DNA of 37,465 nucleotides from a virus. Its lineage: Duplodnaviria; Caudoviricetes. A model generated the notes under the pieces. The model did not search any database. It worked only from the letters and a program-made list of their open reading frames with translations, and had not been told where the DNA came from. A program made the position numbers and the translations under genes. The DNA lies in the IMG/VR virus record IMGVR_UViG_3300034691_000045, positions 1-37,465 of that record; one strand, 5' to 3'. Of this stretch, positions 7,638 through 15,371 are shown piece after piece. The stretch's first letter is position 1. The number at the start of each line of letters is the position of its first letter.

Positions 7638-9013
7638 ATTTGGACGCTACCAGGAACAACCGCCGCCCCGAATTGTTCGCGCAATCGCTTCACCACCACG
7701 TCGTTATCGAGTCGCACCACGCGAACCTCCAACCGCAACGCCGGTTCATTAAGTGCGGCGGCTACGGATGACCGCAGCCGTTCCTCAATCGTCGGCGTGC
7801 GTAGATCTTCGGCGGCTGGATCAAGTTGCAACGTCAAGTGCCCGTCACTCAACGCGACGAGATTGCAATGACGGGCTAGTTGCGCGGCTATGCCAGTGAT
7901 CTTTAATCCGTCGACCAGGCGATGCCACTCGGCGGTGTTGGTGGGCAGCTTCCAACGAAATTGCGAGCACGCCGGATCGGTGGCGCGATTTTGGTCTTGT
8001 ATCATTCCAAGCGCCTTGACTCCCTCGCTCAGTAAGGCGGGCTCATATTGATTGACGTCGAAACCGCCCATGGCGATCTTCTCCGGCAACGGCAGTCCGC
8101 GGCGCCGGCTCTCCCTCGTGCACCACCCACCAAGCACTTTGGCGTTCGTGTCGCGCGTCCGGGGATAGATTGCTTGTGGATTGACTCCAGATTTCTTCAA
8201 AAAGAGCATCGCGGTCATTAAAACCTTGTCCCCGGTAATTTCGTCAAGGCGCTGGACCGCATCATCAAGCCGAGTGCGACAGTCCGCCACGCCGATGCTG
8301 GCTTCGTGCGCGTCCTGCGCGGCCTTATCGGCAACCCGCTTTGCTTCCGCTGATTCTAAAATAGAGCGCGCCACGATCTTCGCTTGCTCGCTTAGGTTCA
8401 GCGCAAAATCGGCAAGGTTGTTTCCAGTTAACTCAGGGACGAATGATCCTGTTCTTCTCACTTGAGGAATGATCTTTTCCAAAACCAATTCCTGGAACGG
8501 CTCAGCGTTTGGTGTGTTGCACATCAAAGCGAATTGATAGGCTCCATGCTCGTTCACCCACCGGCGATTGATGGTTGCTCCTGATAGCAATTTGACGCTG
8601 CCGAGCTTCTTGTACTTCGGTTTAATTTGGTCATAGTACCAGTCGCACGACTTAGCATTGCTCCTTGAAATAAAGTCTTGACCGTCATGTTTCGACGTTA
8701 TTTTGTAGGTATGCAGCAGCGCATGCAGTTGATCGAAGTCCAGCCATCCGTCTTTGCTTTCGATCCCCTCAATGATAAGAACCTCACCGCTCATAGTTTC
8801 ACCTCGTACCCCATGCAAAAGATCGTGGTGGTAATTACAAACGACAATCAAGTTGTCCAGGTGGTCATCTGCCCATCGCTTAGGGTAGGTGACGTGATGC
8901 ACCGCATCCGCGCCGGCCCCGCACAATTCGCACCGATTCCCCGCCCGCTGCCTGGCGGCCCGGCGTAGCGACCGCCACGCCGGGCTGTCGAGATAGGCGC
9001 GATAGCTGGCCAT
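7628..9013 (-). CDS. Fusion: HNH endonuclease + BRO-N antirepressor + coiled coil + DnaX tau C-terminal-like domain
   Basis: CELCG..HHVTY..DNLIVVCNYHH (HNH); VNEHGAYQF..FQELVLEKIIPQVRRTGSF (BRO-N); EWHRLVDGL..GIAAQLARHC..LREQFGAAVVPGSVQ (tau domain V-like). Confidence 0.8.
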   Translation of the reverse strand: MASYRAYLDSPAWRSLRRAARQRAGNRCELCGAGADAVHHVTYPKRWADDHLDNLIVVCNYHHDLLHGVRGETMSGEVLIIEGIESKDGWLDFDQLHALLHTYKITSKHDGQDFISRSNAKSCDWYYDQIKPKYKKLGSVKLLSGATINRRWVNEHGAYQFALMCNTPNAEPFQELVLEKIIPQVRRTGSFVPELTGNNLADFALNLSEQAKIVARSILESAEAKRVADKAAQDAHEASIGVADCRTRLDDAVQRLDEITGDKVLMTAMLFLKKSGVNPQAIYPRTRDTNAKVLGGWCTRESRRRGLPLPEKIAMGGFDVNQYEPALLSEGVKALGMIQDQNRATDPACSQFRWKLPTNTAEWHRLVDGLKITGIAAQLARHCNLVALSDGHLTLQLDPAAEDLRTPTIEERLRSSVAAALNEPALRLEVRVVRLDNDVVVKRLREQFGAAVVPGSVQICP

Positions 9014-9023
9014 CGGTCATACA

Positions 9024-9638
9024 TCACGGCGCATCGAGCGGTTGCGTGACCGGCCGCTCACGGGCGAACCGCGCCAACCCGAGCGCGTGCAGGTCCTCGG
9101 CATGGCGATCCAGGAAGGCGCGACGCTGGGCGAGCGGATCGACCAGCGGCGCGGCGGCCTCCGGATCGTCAGGGACCGCTCCGTCCGCCTGGGGCAGTAC
9201 GGCGGCGGCTACCGGGACCTGCGGCAGCAGCGTGCGGATCGCTTGCAGGTGCCCGAGCGCGGCCTGGTGCTGGTCGCGGGTGCGCGGTGGGGACGGCAGG
9301 TAGGTCGCCGGCTGGGCCGGGCGATTGGAGCGGGCCAGCTTGCGGAACTCGCGCGGACCCGGAGGCCAGGCATCCTTGCCGGTCGGCATGACGCTCAGGG
9401 CGTGCTGGATTTCCTCTTTGCTCAGGTCGTGGATGTGCGTCCACCACGAGACTTTCGCGTCGCGCACATCCGCGGCCGACTTCATGTCGGCCGACCAGCG
9501 CCCCTTGAACTCGTTGCCAAGCTCACGGAACAACCATGCCAGACACGACTCTCTCCGGTGGATCTTGATGTCCGCAATGTTGCTCGTAGTCGAGTCGGTT
9601 GAGTTCGCTGAAGGTGGGTCGGTCGGGTCGCTGGCCAT
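9024..9638 (-). CDS. Replication protein P-like (helicase loader)
   Basis: LF..L...F.GRWS, AK..W, WPPGPREFRKL pattern; GGAGG RBS; directly after the O-like gene. Confidence 0.65.
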   Translation of the reverse strand: MASDPTDPPSANSTDSTTSNIADIKIHRRESCLAWLFRELGNEFKGRWSADMKSAADVRDAKVSWWTHIHDLSKEEIQHALSVMPTGKDAWPPGPREFRKLARSNRPAQPATYLPSPPRTRDQHQAALGHLQAIRTLLPQVPVAAAVLPQADGAVPDDPEAAAPLVDPLAQRRAFLDRHAEDLHALGLARFARERPVTQPLDAP

Positions 9639-10380
9639 GGTTGCCTCCGGGGGTGTTGGTGTGTTGGCCTTGGTTTGTTTCCCAAGTCCTGATTGCTGCT
9701 CTCCAGTCGCTCATCGGCTTCAGGGACTTTCCGATTACCCAGCCAGATGAGTTGTTGTAGTTCATGAAACGCTCAGGATCGATGGCATTCCCGCGCTCAC
9801 GGCAGTAGGCGCGGACCTCCTCAACCGTGGGAGGAACAAATCGGGCGCGGCGGGGAGGGGGTTGCGGCGCAGCCGCCTGCGGTGTCTCAGCAGGAGTCGA
9901 GTCGGTCGGGCGCCCCTTCTCCCCCTCTTTCCGGTTCACTGATTGGTTATTGATTGGTTCGTGTCCCGTTTTTGGTACTGCTCCAGTCCCGTTTTCGGGA
10001 CTGGTCTGGGTCCCGTTTTTGGTACCGGTCCCGTTTTTGGTACCGGTCCCGTTTTTGGTACCGATTTTGCGTTTTTCGACCAGTCCCGTTTTTGGTACTG
10101 GTCTTGTTTGTCCATCCTCTCGGCCGATCACCCCGACCAGTTGGTAGTGAGTCCGTCTTCCGTTTCCCCGATCTGCGGAGATCACGCCAACTTTCTCTAG
10201 GTGTTCAATGGCCAACATCACTGTCTTCCGGTCAAGTTCAGTATCCATTGCTAACCGCTCGATACTTGGGTAAGCCGTGTGCATTTCGTCGGCGCGATCC
10301 GCGATCGAAAGCAACACGAGCTTTGCGCTGCTGCTGTTCACAACTTGCCGCCAAGCCCAGTGGGTAGCGTCGTTACTCAT
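9523..10380 (-). CDS. Phage replication initiator (O-like, N-terminal winged HTH)
   Basis: AKLVLLSIADRAD..AYPSIERLA..ELDRKTV HTH; internal GTKNGT iteron repeats; C-terminal FVPPTVEEV..DWRAAIRTWE domain. Confidence 0.88.
   Translation of the reverse strand: MSNDATHWAWRQVVNSSSAKLVLLSIADRADEMHTAYPSIERLAMDTELDRKTVMLAIEHLEKVGVISADRGNGRRTHYQLVGVIGREDGQTRPVPKTGLVEKRKIGTKNGTGTKNGTGTKNGTQTSPENGTGAVPKTGHEPINNQSVNRKEGEKGRPTDSTPAETPQAAAPQPPPRRARFVPPTVEEVRAYCRERGNAIDPERFMNYNNSSGWVIGKSLKPMSDWRAAIRTWETNQGQHTNTPGGNHGQRPDRPTFSELNRLDYEQHCGHQDPPERVVSGMVVP
9963..10098. repeat. Lambdoid origin iterons within the initiator gene
   Basis: GTCCCGTTTTTGGTAC at 9963, 10010, 10028, 10046, 10083 and variant GTCCCGTTTTCGGGAC at 9986. 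Confidence 0.85.
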
Positions 10381-10389
10381 GTTTTTTTC

Positions 10390-10629
10390 TCAGCGACTTG
10401 CGGCGCTTTTCTCGTCCTGATCGCCTTCTGGTTGGACGTTCTGCGCCAGGACCCAGGCATCTACCGCATCCGGGTTGTAGCGGATCGACCCGTTGATGAG
10501 CATGAACGGCGGTCCTTTTTTGCTCGCGCGCCACAGGCGCAGGGTCCGGTGCTTGAAGCCGAGGCGCGCGGCCTCCTGTTCTTCGGTGTGCCAGACACGG
10601 GGGCGGTTGGTTTCGGTTAGATTTGGCAT
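10390..10629 (-). CDS. AlpA/excisionase-like HTH protein
   Basis: EAARLGFKHRTLRLWR..GPPF..IRY..VDAW; AAGGTG RBS before ATG 10629. Confidence 0.8.
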   Translation of the reverse strand: MPNLTETNRPRVWHTEEQEAARLGFKHRTLRLWRASKKGPPFMLINGSIRYNPDAVDAWVLAQNVQPEGDQDEKSAASR

Positions 10630-10691
10630 ATTGTGACACCTTGTTGCGGTGTGCCGACTGTATGCCTGAGATAAGGCGAAATCAAGCGCGT

Positions 10692-10928
10692 TCACGCCAC
10701 CCCCTCCCCCGACCTTCCCCGCAGCCAGGCCCGGCAGCGAGCCCCCATCGCGCCGTCGCCGACCAGGACGTGCTGGGGCACCAGCAAGATCGCCACCCAG
10801 GGCGGTGGCTCGCGGCCGTCGAGCAGGTGGCGCAGCCACGCGCAGGTCGCTGGCTCGGTGGGCGAGCCGGGCGCGCACCAGCGGCAGGTGAGGCACGAGC
10901 GCGGGGTCGGGGTGGGGTCAGTGGTCAT
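10692..10928 (-). CDS. Small Cys-rich hypothetical protein
   Basis: CLTCRWC..C..C motif; coupled in operon. Confidence 0.6.
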   Translation of the reverse strand: MTTDPTPTPRSCLTCRWCAPGSPTEPATCAWLRHLLDGREPPPWVAILLVPQHVLVGDGAMGARCRAWLRGRSGEGVA

Positions 10929-11158
10929 GGCGCACCGCCCGCCACGAGTCGGCCCGCACCGCCACGAACCGGTCCCCGAACTGCTCGCGCAGGTCCGCCT
11001 CCAGGATCTCCAGGGTGTCCTCGGGGGCGATCACGCGCAGCCATCGTCCGGGGTGGTCGGTGACCTGATAGGCGAAGACGTGGCCCTGAGTCCGTGACGG
11101 GGCTACGAAAGGGGCGGTCGGGCTCGGTCGCCGCGGGCTCGGCGTGAGGGTAAGTCAT
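10918..11158 (-). other. Frameshifted (or recoded) small gene
   Basis: ATG 11158 frame is GC3-rich only up to CCC TTT CGT; the +1 frame then carries GC3-rich codons (HVFAYQVTDHPGRWLRVIAPEDTLEILEADLREQFGDRF) to TGA at 10920-10918. Confidence 0.55.
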
Positions 11159-11490
11159 GGTTCAATGGCCGCTTGTTGGCACTCGCTGGCCGCATAACGC
11201 CGTGGGCAGGGACCGGGCGGCCGGTCGTCTGGATGGCAGGTGCATGGCCGGTCACGCTCGGCGCGGTAGGTCGTCGGAGCGGCATACTCCGGCAGCCGAT
11301 GCGGATAGCTCGCCAGCCTGCACACCGATGCCACGGCGTCATCGGCGCTGGCGCAGGGTTGGCTGGTCAGGCTTCCGCGCCCGATGCTGGATATCCTAGC
11401 GATCCACTGCCCGGCCTCCTGCTGCACCTGGACCGTGACCGCGACCAGGCCGACGCGCTCGATGACGGGACCGCGGGTCTCGGCGCTCAC
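11155..11490 (-). CDS. Hypothetical protein
   Basis: 111-aa ORF, overlapping starts/stops, C-terminal CTCHPDD..CPRRYAASEC. Confidence 0.6.
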   Translation of the reverse strand: MSAETRGPVIERVGLVAVTVQVQQEAGQWIARISSIGRGSLTSQPCASADDAVASVCRLASYPHRLPEYAAPTTYRAERDRPCTCHPDDRPPGPCPRRYAASECQQAAIEP

Positions 11491-11729
11491 GACGGCTGGC
11501 CCTCCGTGGGCCGGCGCAACGCCGCCTCAGCCGCCTCGCGCGCCCCCTCCAGGTCGGTAATCCCCCAGCCGTCGGCGATGCGCTCCAGGGCCGCGCGCAA
11601 TCGGGCATGTTCCCAGAAAACATCTTCAAAACCAATTGCTTGCAACTTACCTCCGCACCATGTTTGCTTGCGGTCGATATTTGGCACGGTGTCGCCCGGC
11701 CACTCGAATAGGATGGTGTGGCGGGTCAT
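11487..11729 (-). CDS. Hypothetical protein
   Basis: ATG 11729 in ATGA overlap; MTRHTILFEWPG... 80 aa. Confidence 0.6.
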   Translation of the reverse strand: MTRHTILFEWPGDTVPNIDRKQTWCGGKLQAIGFEDVFWEHARLRAALERIADGWGITDLEGAREAAEAALRRPTEGQPS

Positions 11730-12016
11730 GGCGCCGCATACTCCGTGGGAAAGAGCCCGGTCCTTTGCCGCCGCGCCTCGGCCTGGGCCGTGACCTGCAA
11801 CGGCCCGAAACTGATCGGCCAGCCCCAGCCGGGGACGTAGCCCTTCGAGTCCGGCACCCGCAGCACGTCGGCGTGGGTCAGTTCGCCGATGGCCCCACAG
11901 CACAAGTACCGAACCCGGTAGATCACATCGATCTGCCGCGGCCCGGTGGCGATGCGATCGAGGATGCGCAGTTGTGCGACGTAAGTGCCGTCGGGGTAAG
12001 GGTCCCAGGTCGCCAT
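11726..12016 (-). CDS. Hypothetical protein
   Basis: 96-aa ORF, GAGG RBS. Confidence 0.6.
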   Translation of the reverse strand: MATWDPYPDGTYVAQLRILDRIATGPRQIDVIYRVRYLCCGAIGELTHADVLRVPDSKGYVPGWGWPISFGPLQVTAQAEARRQRTGLFPTEYAAP

Positions 12017-12019
12017 CGG

Positions 12020-12271
12020 CTAATCCTCGGTGTCCGCGGTCTGGCCGCGGTGGTGGTGGGCGGTCTTCCAGGGGGACGCTGCCGCGGCGGTCGCTGCCGC
12101 GTGGCATTCACTGTGCGTGTGATCGAGCGTGGAGAGCCCCTGGTCCCAAGTCAGGCGCGCCTGGTAGTACATCTCTCCCGGCTGGATCGCCTCCCCACAC
12201 CAAGAGCAGAAGTGGGCGCGCATGGCAGTGTGCAGGGTGGCCGGTGAGGCGCGGTAGGGCATGGCGGTCAA
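12020..12271 (-). CDS. Small putative Zn-binding protein
   Basis: HFCSWCGEAI.PGE.Y..HSECH. Confidence 0.6.
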   Translation of the reverse strand: MTAMPYRASPATLHTAMRAHFCSWCGEAIQPGEMYYQARLTWDQGLSTLDHTHSECHAAATAAAASPWKTAHHHRGQTADTED

Positions 12272-12480
12272 TCCCAGTTTCCCGCTTGCAGGTCCCAGCG
12301 CAGTTCATCGGTCTCGCAGGAGTGGCACCGGCCGCGCTCCCGGCACTCGATCGGCAGGCGGCTACCGCAGATCCGGCAGTGCGTGCGCGGGACTGGCCCG
12401 GCCGGTGGCACCCCGCGGGCGAGCTGGGCCAGGGTTTCCAGGGCCTCGATGGGGGTGGGCGCGGGTGCGTGCGGCTGCAT
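12268..12480 (-). CDS. Small putative Zn-binding protein
   Basis: CRICG..C..CHSC; AGGA RBS. Confidence 0.55.
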   Translation of the reverse strand: MQPHAPAPTPIEALETLAQLARGVPPAGPVPRTHCRICGSRLPIECRERGRCHSCETDELRWDLQAGNWD

Positions 12481-12611
12481 GGCTGGGGTCCTGGTGGTTG
12501 ACGGGGCGGGGGTGGGACCGATACTCGCGGGGTCACGCCGACCTCACGGTGGGAGTGCATCGCCGTCCCCGAAGCCTGATCCGCGTTCGGGGCGGCACCT
12601 TTTGTGACACG

Positions 12612-12646
12612 CGCCCCCGCTGGCTTTGGCTGGCGGGGGCGTTTTT
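12612..12646 (+). terminator. Intrinsic terminator facing the cro-like gene
   Basis: CGCCCCCGCTGGC-loop-GCTGGCGGGGGCG followed by TTTTT on the plus strand. Confidence 0.6.
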
Positions 12647-13004
12647 ACGTCTGGGCCTGGGCACGCGCCTCGCGCGGCTCATCAGGTTCAACCTTCGCCC
12701 CACCCCGCGGCCTCCCGCGGCGCCGCGGGGCGACCGCCACCAGATCTACCCACCCCGGCTCAAACAGGTCCGGGCGCAGCTTCTCGGGGGCATAGCGCCC
12801 CTCCGGCTGCTCAGCCGCCAGCAGCCGCGCCAGCCGCAGCGTTTGGCGCGCGCCGGGGAGCAGCTCGCCGAGCATGTATTTCGAGGTGGTTTGTTGGGAC
12901 ACGCCCAGGTAGTCGCCCAGGCGGGTCTGGGTTCTATAGATTGTCCAGGCGCGCTCCAGGGCGGCGTGCAGCAGGCGGCGAGAGGACTGTGACATAGTTG
13001 GCAT
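12645..13004 (-). CDS. Cro-like HTH regulator 1
   Basis: TQTRLGDYLGVSQQTTSKY HTH and C-terminal LRPDLF motif; divergent from the XRE gene. Confidence 0.75.
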   Translation of the reverse strand: MPTMSQSSRRLLHAALERAWTIYRTQTRLGDYLGVSQQTTSKYMLGELLPGARQTLRLARLLAAEQPEGRYAPEKLRPDLFEPGWVDLVAVAPRRRGRPRGGAKVEPDEPREARAQAQT

Positions 13005-13086
13005 AATCCCTCAGTCAACGTCCTGTACAGTAATCCGTCAACCATCTAACGGGTAGATTCGGACGAACGGCATACAGCGGTTCGCC

Positions 13087-13114
13087 TTGACCCTGCGCGT
13101 TTGCTGGTTAGAAT
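13087..13114 (+). promoter_or_regulatory. Sigma70-like promoter for the repressor gene
   Basis: TTGACC-16 bp-TAGAAT. Confidence 0.55.
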
Positions 13115-13151
13115 GCGCGGCAACTTACAACCAATAGCGTAAACTAAGGCT

Positions 13152-13613
13152 ATGGACCAACAAGCAAAGACCGATAAATGCCCGGCCGCCGCGACGCATT
13201 GGGGCGCGCGGCTGAAGTCGCGTCGGCGCGCGGATGGCTGGTCGCAGGGCGAGTTGGCGGCCCGCTCCGGGGTCAGCCAGCAGACCATCAGTGCGGTGGA
13301 GTGCGGGGAGATCGCCAGCAGCCGCGAGGTCGTGAAGTTGGCCGGTGCGCTGCGCGTCACGGTCGAGTGGTTGACGACGGGCCTGGGCGACCCGGAACAA
13401 CTGCGCCCGCCGCCGGTGGACCTGGAGCGCCTGCCGCTCGCGGAGTTGATGCAAGCGATGGCCGAGCGGTTGTCCCAGGCCGATCCGGTGTTGCGCGAGA
13501 CAGTGAGTGGTCTTATCGTGCGCTATGTGTGCAATCCGACCGAGCACGCCCAGATTGCTGAGTTAATACAGCGGCTTTTGCCGCCCACCGACCCGGAGGG
13601 CGCATCGCCGTAG
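13152..13613 (+). CDS. XRE-family (CI-like) repressor without S24 peptidase domain
   Basis: RLKSRR..WSQGELAARSGVSQQTISAVECG..LAGALRVTVEWL.TG. Confidence 0.88.
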   Translation: MDQQAKTDKCPAAATHWGARLKSRRRADGWSQGELAARSGVSQQTISAVECGEIASSREVVKLAGALRVTVEWLTTGLGDPEQLRPPPVDLERLPLAELMQAMAERLSQADPVLRETVSGLIVRYVCNPTEHAQIAELIQRLLPPTDPEGASP

Positions 13614-13624
13614 GACGTTGACCT

Positions 13625-13891
13625 ATGTGCAATCCGTTCCGCGCACCGCAGGAAGTGATCGAGCGCATCCAGGCCGAGGTGTGGCCCACCCTGGGCCTGC
13701 CGCTGGTCCCGCTGGCCCATATCGCCCCCGCTGGCTGCCCGCCGACGGTGGTGGCCGACCTGGCCCCCCTGGGGCTCGATGCCGCCCAGGTGGCTGCCGC
13801 GGGGCTCCTGCTCGCGGCCATGGAGCCGTGGCTGCTCGATGTCTACGGGGTGCGGGTTGCCGTGTGGGCGCCGGGGTGCGGTGGCGGTTGA
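13625..13891 (+). CDS. Hypothetical protein
   Basis: 88-aa ORF, AGGA RBS, GC3-rich. Confidence 0.55.
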   Translation: MCNPFRAPQEVIERIQAEVWPTLGLPLVPLAHIAPAGCPPTVVADLAPLGLDAAQVAAAGLLLAAMEPWLLDVYGVRVAVWAPGCGGG

Positions 13892-13898
13892 TCGGGGG

Positions 13899-13948
13899 CG
13901 CTCTGCGCAGAGCGTACAGTCTGCGCAGAGCGTACAGTCTGCGCAGAG
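13899..13948. repeat. 18-bp tandem repeat containing palindromes
   Basis: TCTGCGCAGAGCGTACAG at 13902 and 13920, partial at 13938; first copy extends to a perfect 16-bp palindrome CGCTCTGCGCAGAGCG. Confidence 0.9.
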
Positions 13949-14071
13949 GGCGGTGGATAACGTCCGGCCAGGGCAGCAGGATGGCGCGGCGATTGGCACT
14001 GATGCCGGCCGGATTACCGCCGCCGACCGGGCGTTGTTGGATTGGGCAAAAATAAACCGGAGACAGTGCGT

Positions 14072-14320
14072 ATGCACTTTGACAAGACCACGCCGTGCCC
14101 TTGGTGCGGGACCGAACTGAACGCGGCGGCTGGGATTAGCGATAAAGCGAACACCCCGACCCCAGGCGATTTGTCCATCTGCATCAAGTGTGCCGGGATG
14201 TTGTGCTTTGCCGACGACCTGATACCGCAGAAGGCCACTCTGGAGGAGATCGCGGATCTGGACGACGACTCGCGGATCACGCTGCAGCGGGCGCGCGAGT
14301 TCATCTTGGAGCGCGCCTGA
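14072..14320 (+). CDS. Small Zn-ribbon protein
   Basis: CPWC..PTPGDLSICIKC; GGAG upstream. Confidence 0.65.
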   Translation: MHFDKTTPCPWCGTELNAAAGISDKANTPTPGDLSICIKCAGMLCFADDLIPQKATLEEIADLDDDSRITLQRAREFILERA

Positions 14321-14458
14321 GCGGCTACACTCACCGTGGGCCGTCCGACTCTCCTCGGCCCCGCACCCGGCACTGTAAGGCGCGCAAACCTGACCGCGCC
14401 GGGGGCGTCAACTTACCCATACGACGGGCTTAGTCATCCGCTTAACGATTTGTCAAAT

Positions 14459-14929
14459 ATGGATATCTCAGACGAACAGATCGATGCGATCTTTGGCGAT
14501 TCACCGTACTGCGCCCGTCGCACGATGGACAAGACGCGATACGAGGTCATCCGCCAGACGAACGCCGACTGGCGCGACGTAATTGATGAAGATCCAGAGC
14601 ATTGCGGGTTTTTCTCGACTTACGATGAAGCCGAGACCGTGCGCCGGCGCCGGCATGTTCGGTTTGTTTTTACCAGCGGATCACCCATGCCCAACGACAC
14701 CCTGACCCTGACCGGCATCACCCCCGGCCCGGCCGCCCCCTTGCCGGAGCCGCTCGCCTCCCTGCTGCTGCTGATCGACCCTGGCGACGGGTCGGGGTTG
14801 CGGTTCTGGTTGAACGGCTATCGCGGGGCCGATGATGAGTTTGTCTGGCACAGAGTAGGCGGGGACGAGCCGCCGCTCCCTGATGCCTGGCGCGTGGTGC
14901 GGTGGTTTGCCCTGCCCGAGCCGGAGTAA
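14459..14929 (+). CDS. Hypothetical protein (possible two-part fusion; second Met at 14687)
   Basis: Open frame with a base-composition shift near 14687. Confidence 0.55.
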   Translation: MDISDEQIDAIFGDSPYCARRTMDKTRYEVIRQTNADWRDVIDEDPEHCGFFSTYDEAETVRRRRHVRFVFTSGSPMPNDTLTLTGITPGPAAPLPEPLASLLLLIDPGDGSGLRFWLNGYRGADDEFVWHRVGGDEPPLPDAWRVVRWFALPEPE

Positions 14930-14932
14930 ACC

Positions 14933-15145
14933 ATGAAATTCAAGAAAGCCAATTACCTAAAGTGGGACAAGGGAGAAGCCTTGCAGTTGTGGCAGGTCGC
15001 GTGCCTATGGGCTGACATTGAGCCGCCGGCTTCCGTCGCCGAATTTCGGAAGGACTATTTGAAGCACAAGGGCATTTCGGAAAAGTACACCATGTTGATG
15101 GATGCGGTCGCATCAGGCGAGCTGAAAAGTTCGCATCACCAGTGA
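14933..15145 (+). CDS. Hypothetical protein
   Basis: 70-aa ORF with GGAG RBS, lower GC. Confidence 0.6.
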   Translation: MKFKKANYLKWDKGEALQLWQVACLWADIEPPASVAEFRKDYLKHKGISEKYTMLMDAVASGELKSSHHQ

Positions 15146-15149
15146 CCCC

Positions 15150-15371
15150 ATGCCGACCGATACCAGACCCACCCACGACCCCGAGCGCGAGCGCCTGATC
15201 CACTTGGTCGGCTATCTGCGCGGGATGGCCACGCGACCGGTCTATGGCGCGGCGGCGCGTGCCCATCTGGATGCCGCCGCAACGGCGATCCTGGAGGGCC
15301 TGGCGGGCGTGGAGCACCTGCCGGGGGCCTGGCCCCAGGTCCCGCCCGAGACGCCCCAGGGGGCCGCGTGA
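15150..15371 (+). CDS. Hypothetical protein
   Basis: 73-aa ORF, GTGA coupling to the rep gene. Confidence 0.6.
   Translation: MPTDTRPTHDPERERLIHLVGYLRGMATRPVYGAAARAHLDAAATAILEGLAGVEHLPGAWPQVPPETPQGAA

Noticed and set aside
11487-12107. 206-aa ORF as listed (likewise the long 5' extensions of 10390-10896, 4589-5068, 6611-7180, 2094-2441)
   Set aside because: Extensions overlap better-supported neighbouring genes; downstream starts with RBS or stop-start coupling fit better
13899-13948. Palindromic repeats as a mini-CRISPR or coding SAQSVQ repeat
   Set aside because: Intervening sequences are identical and only 8 bp; the ORFs crossing it lack RBS and coding bias
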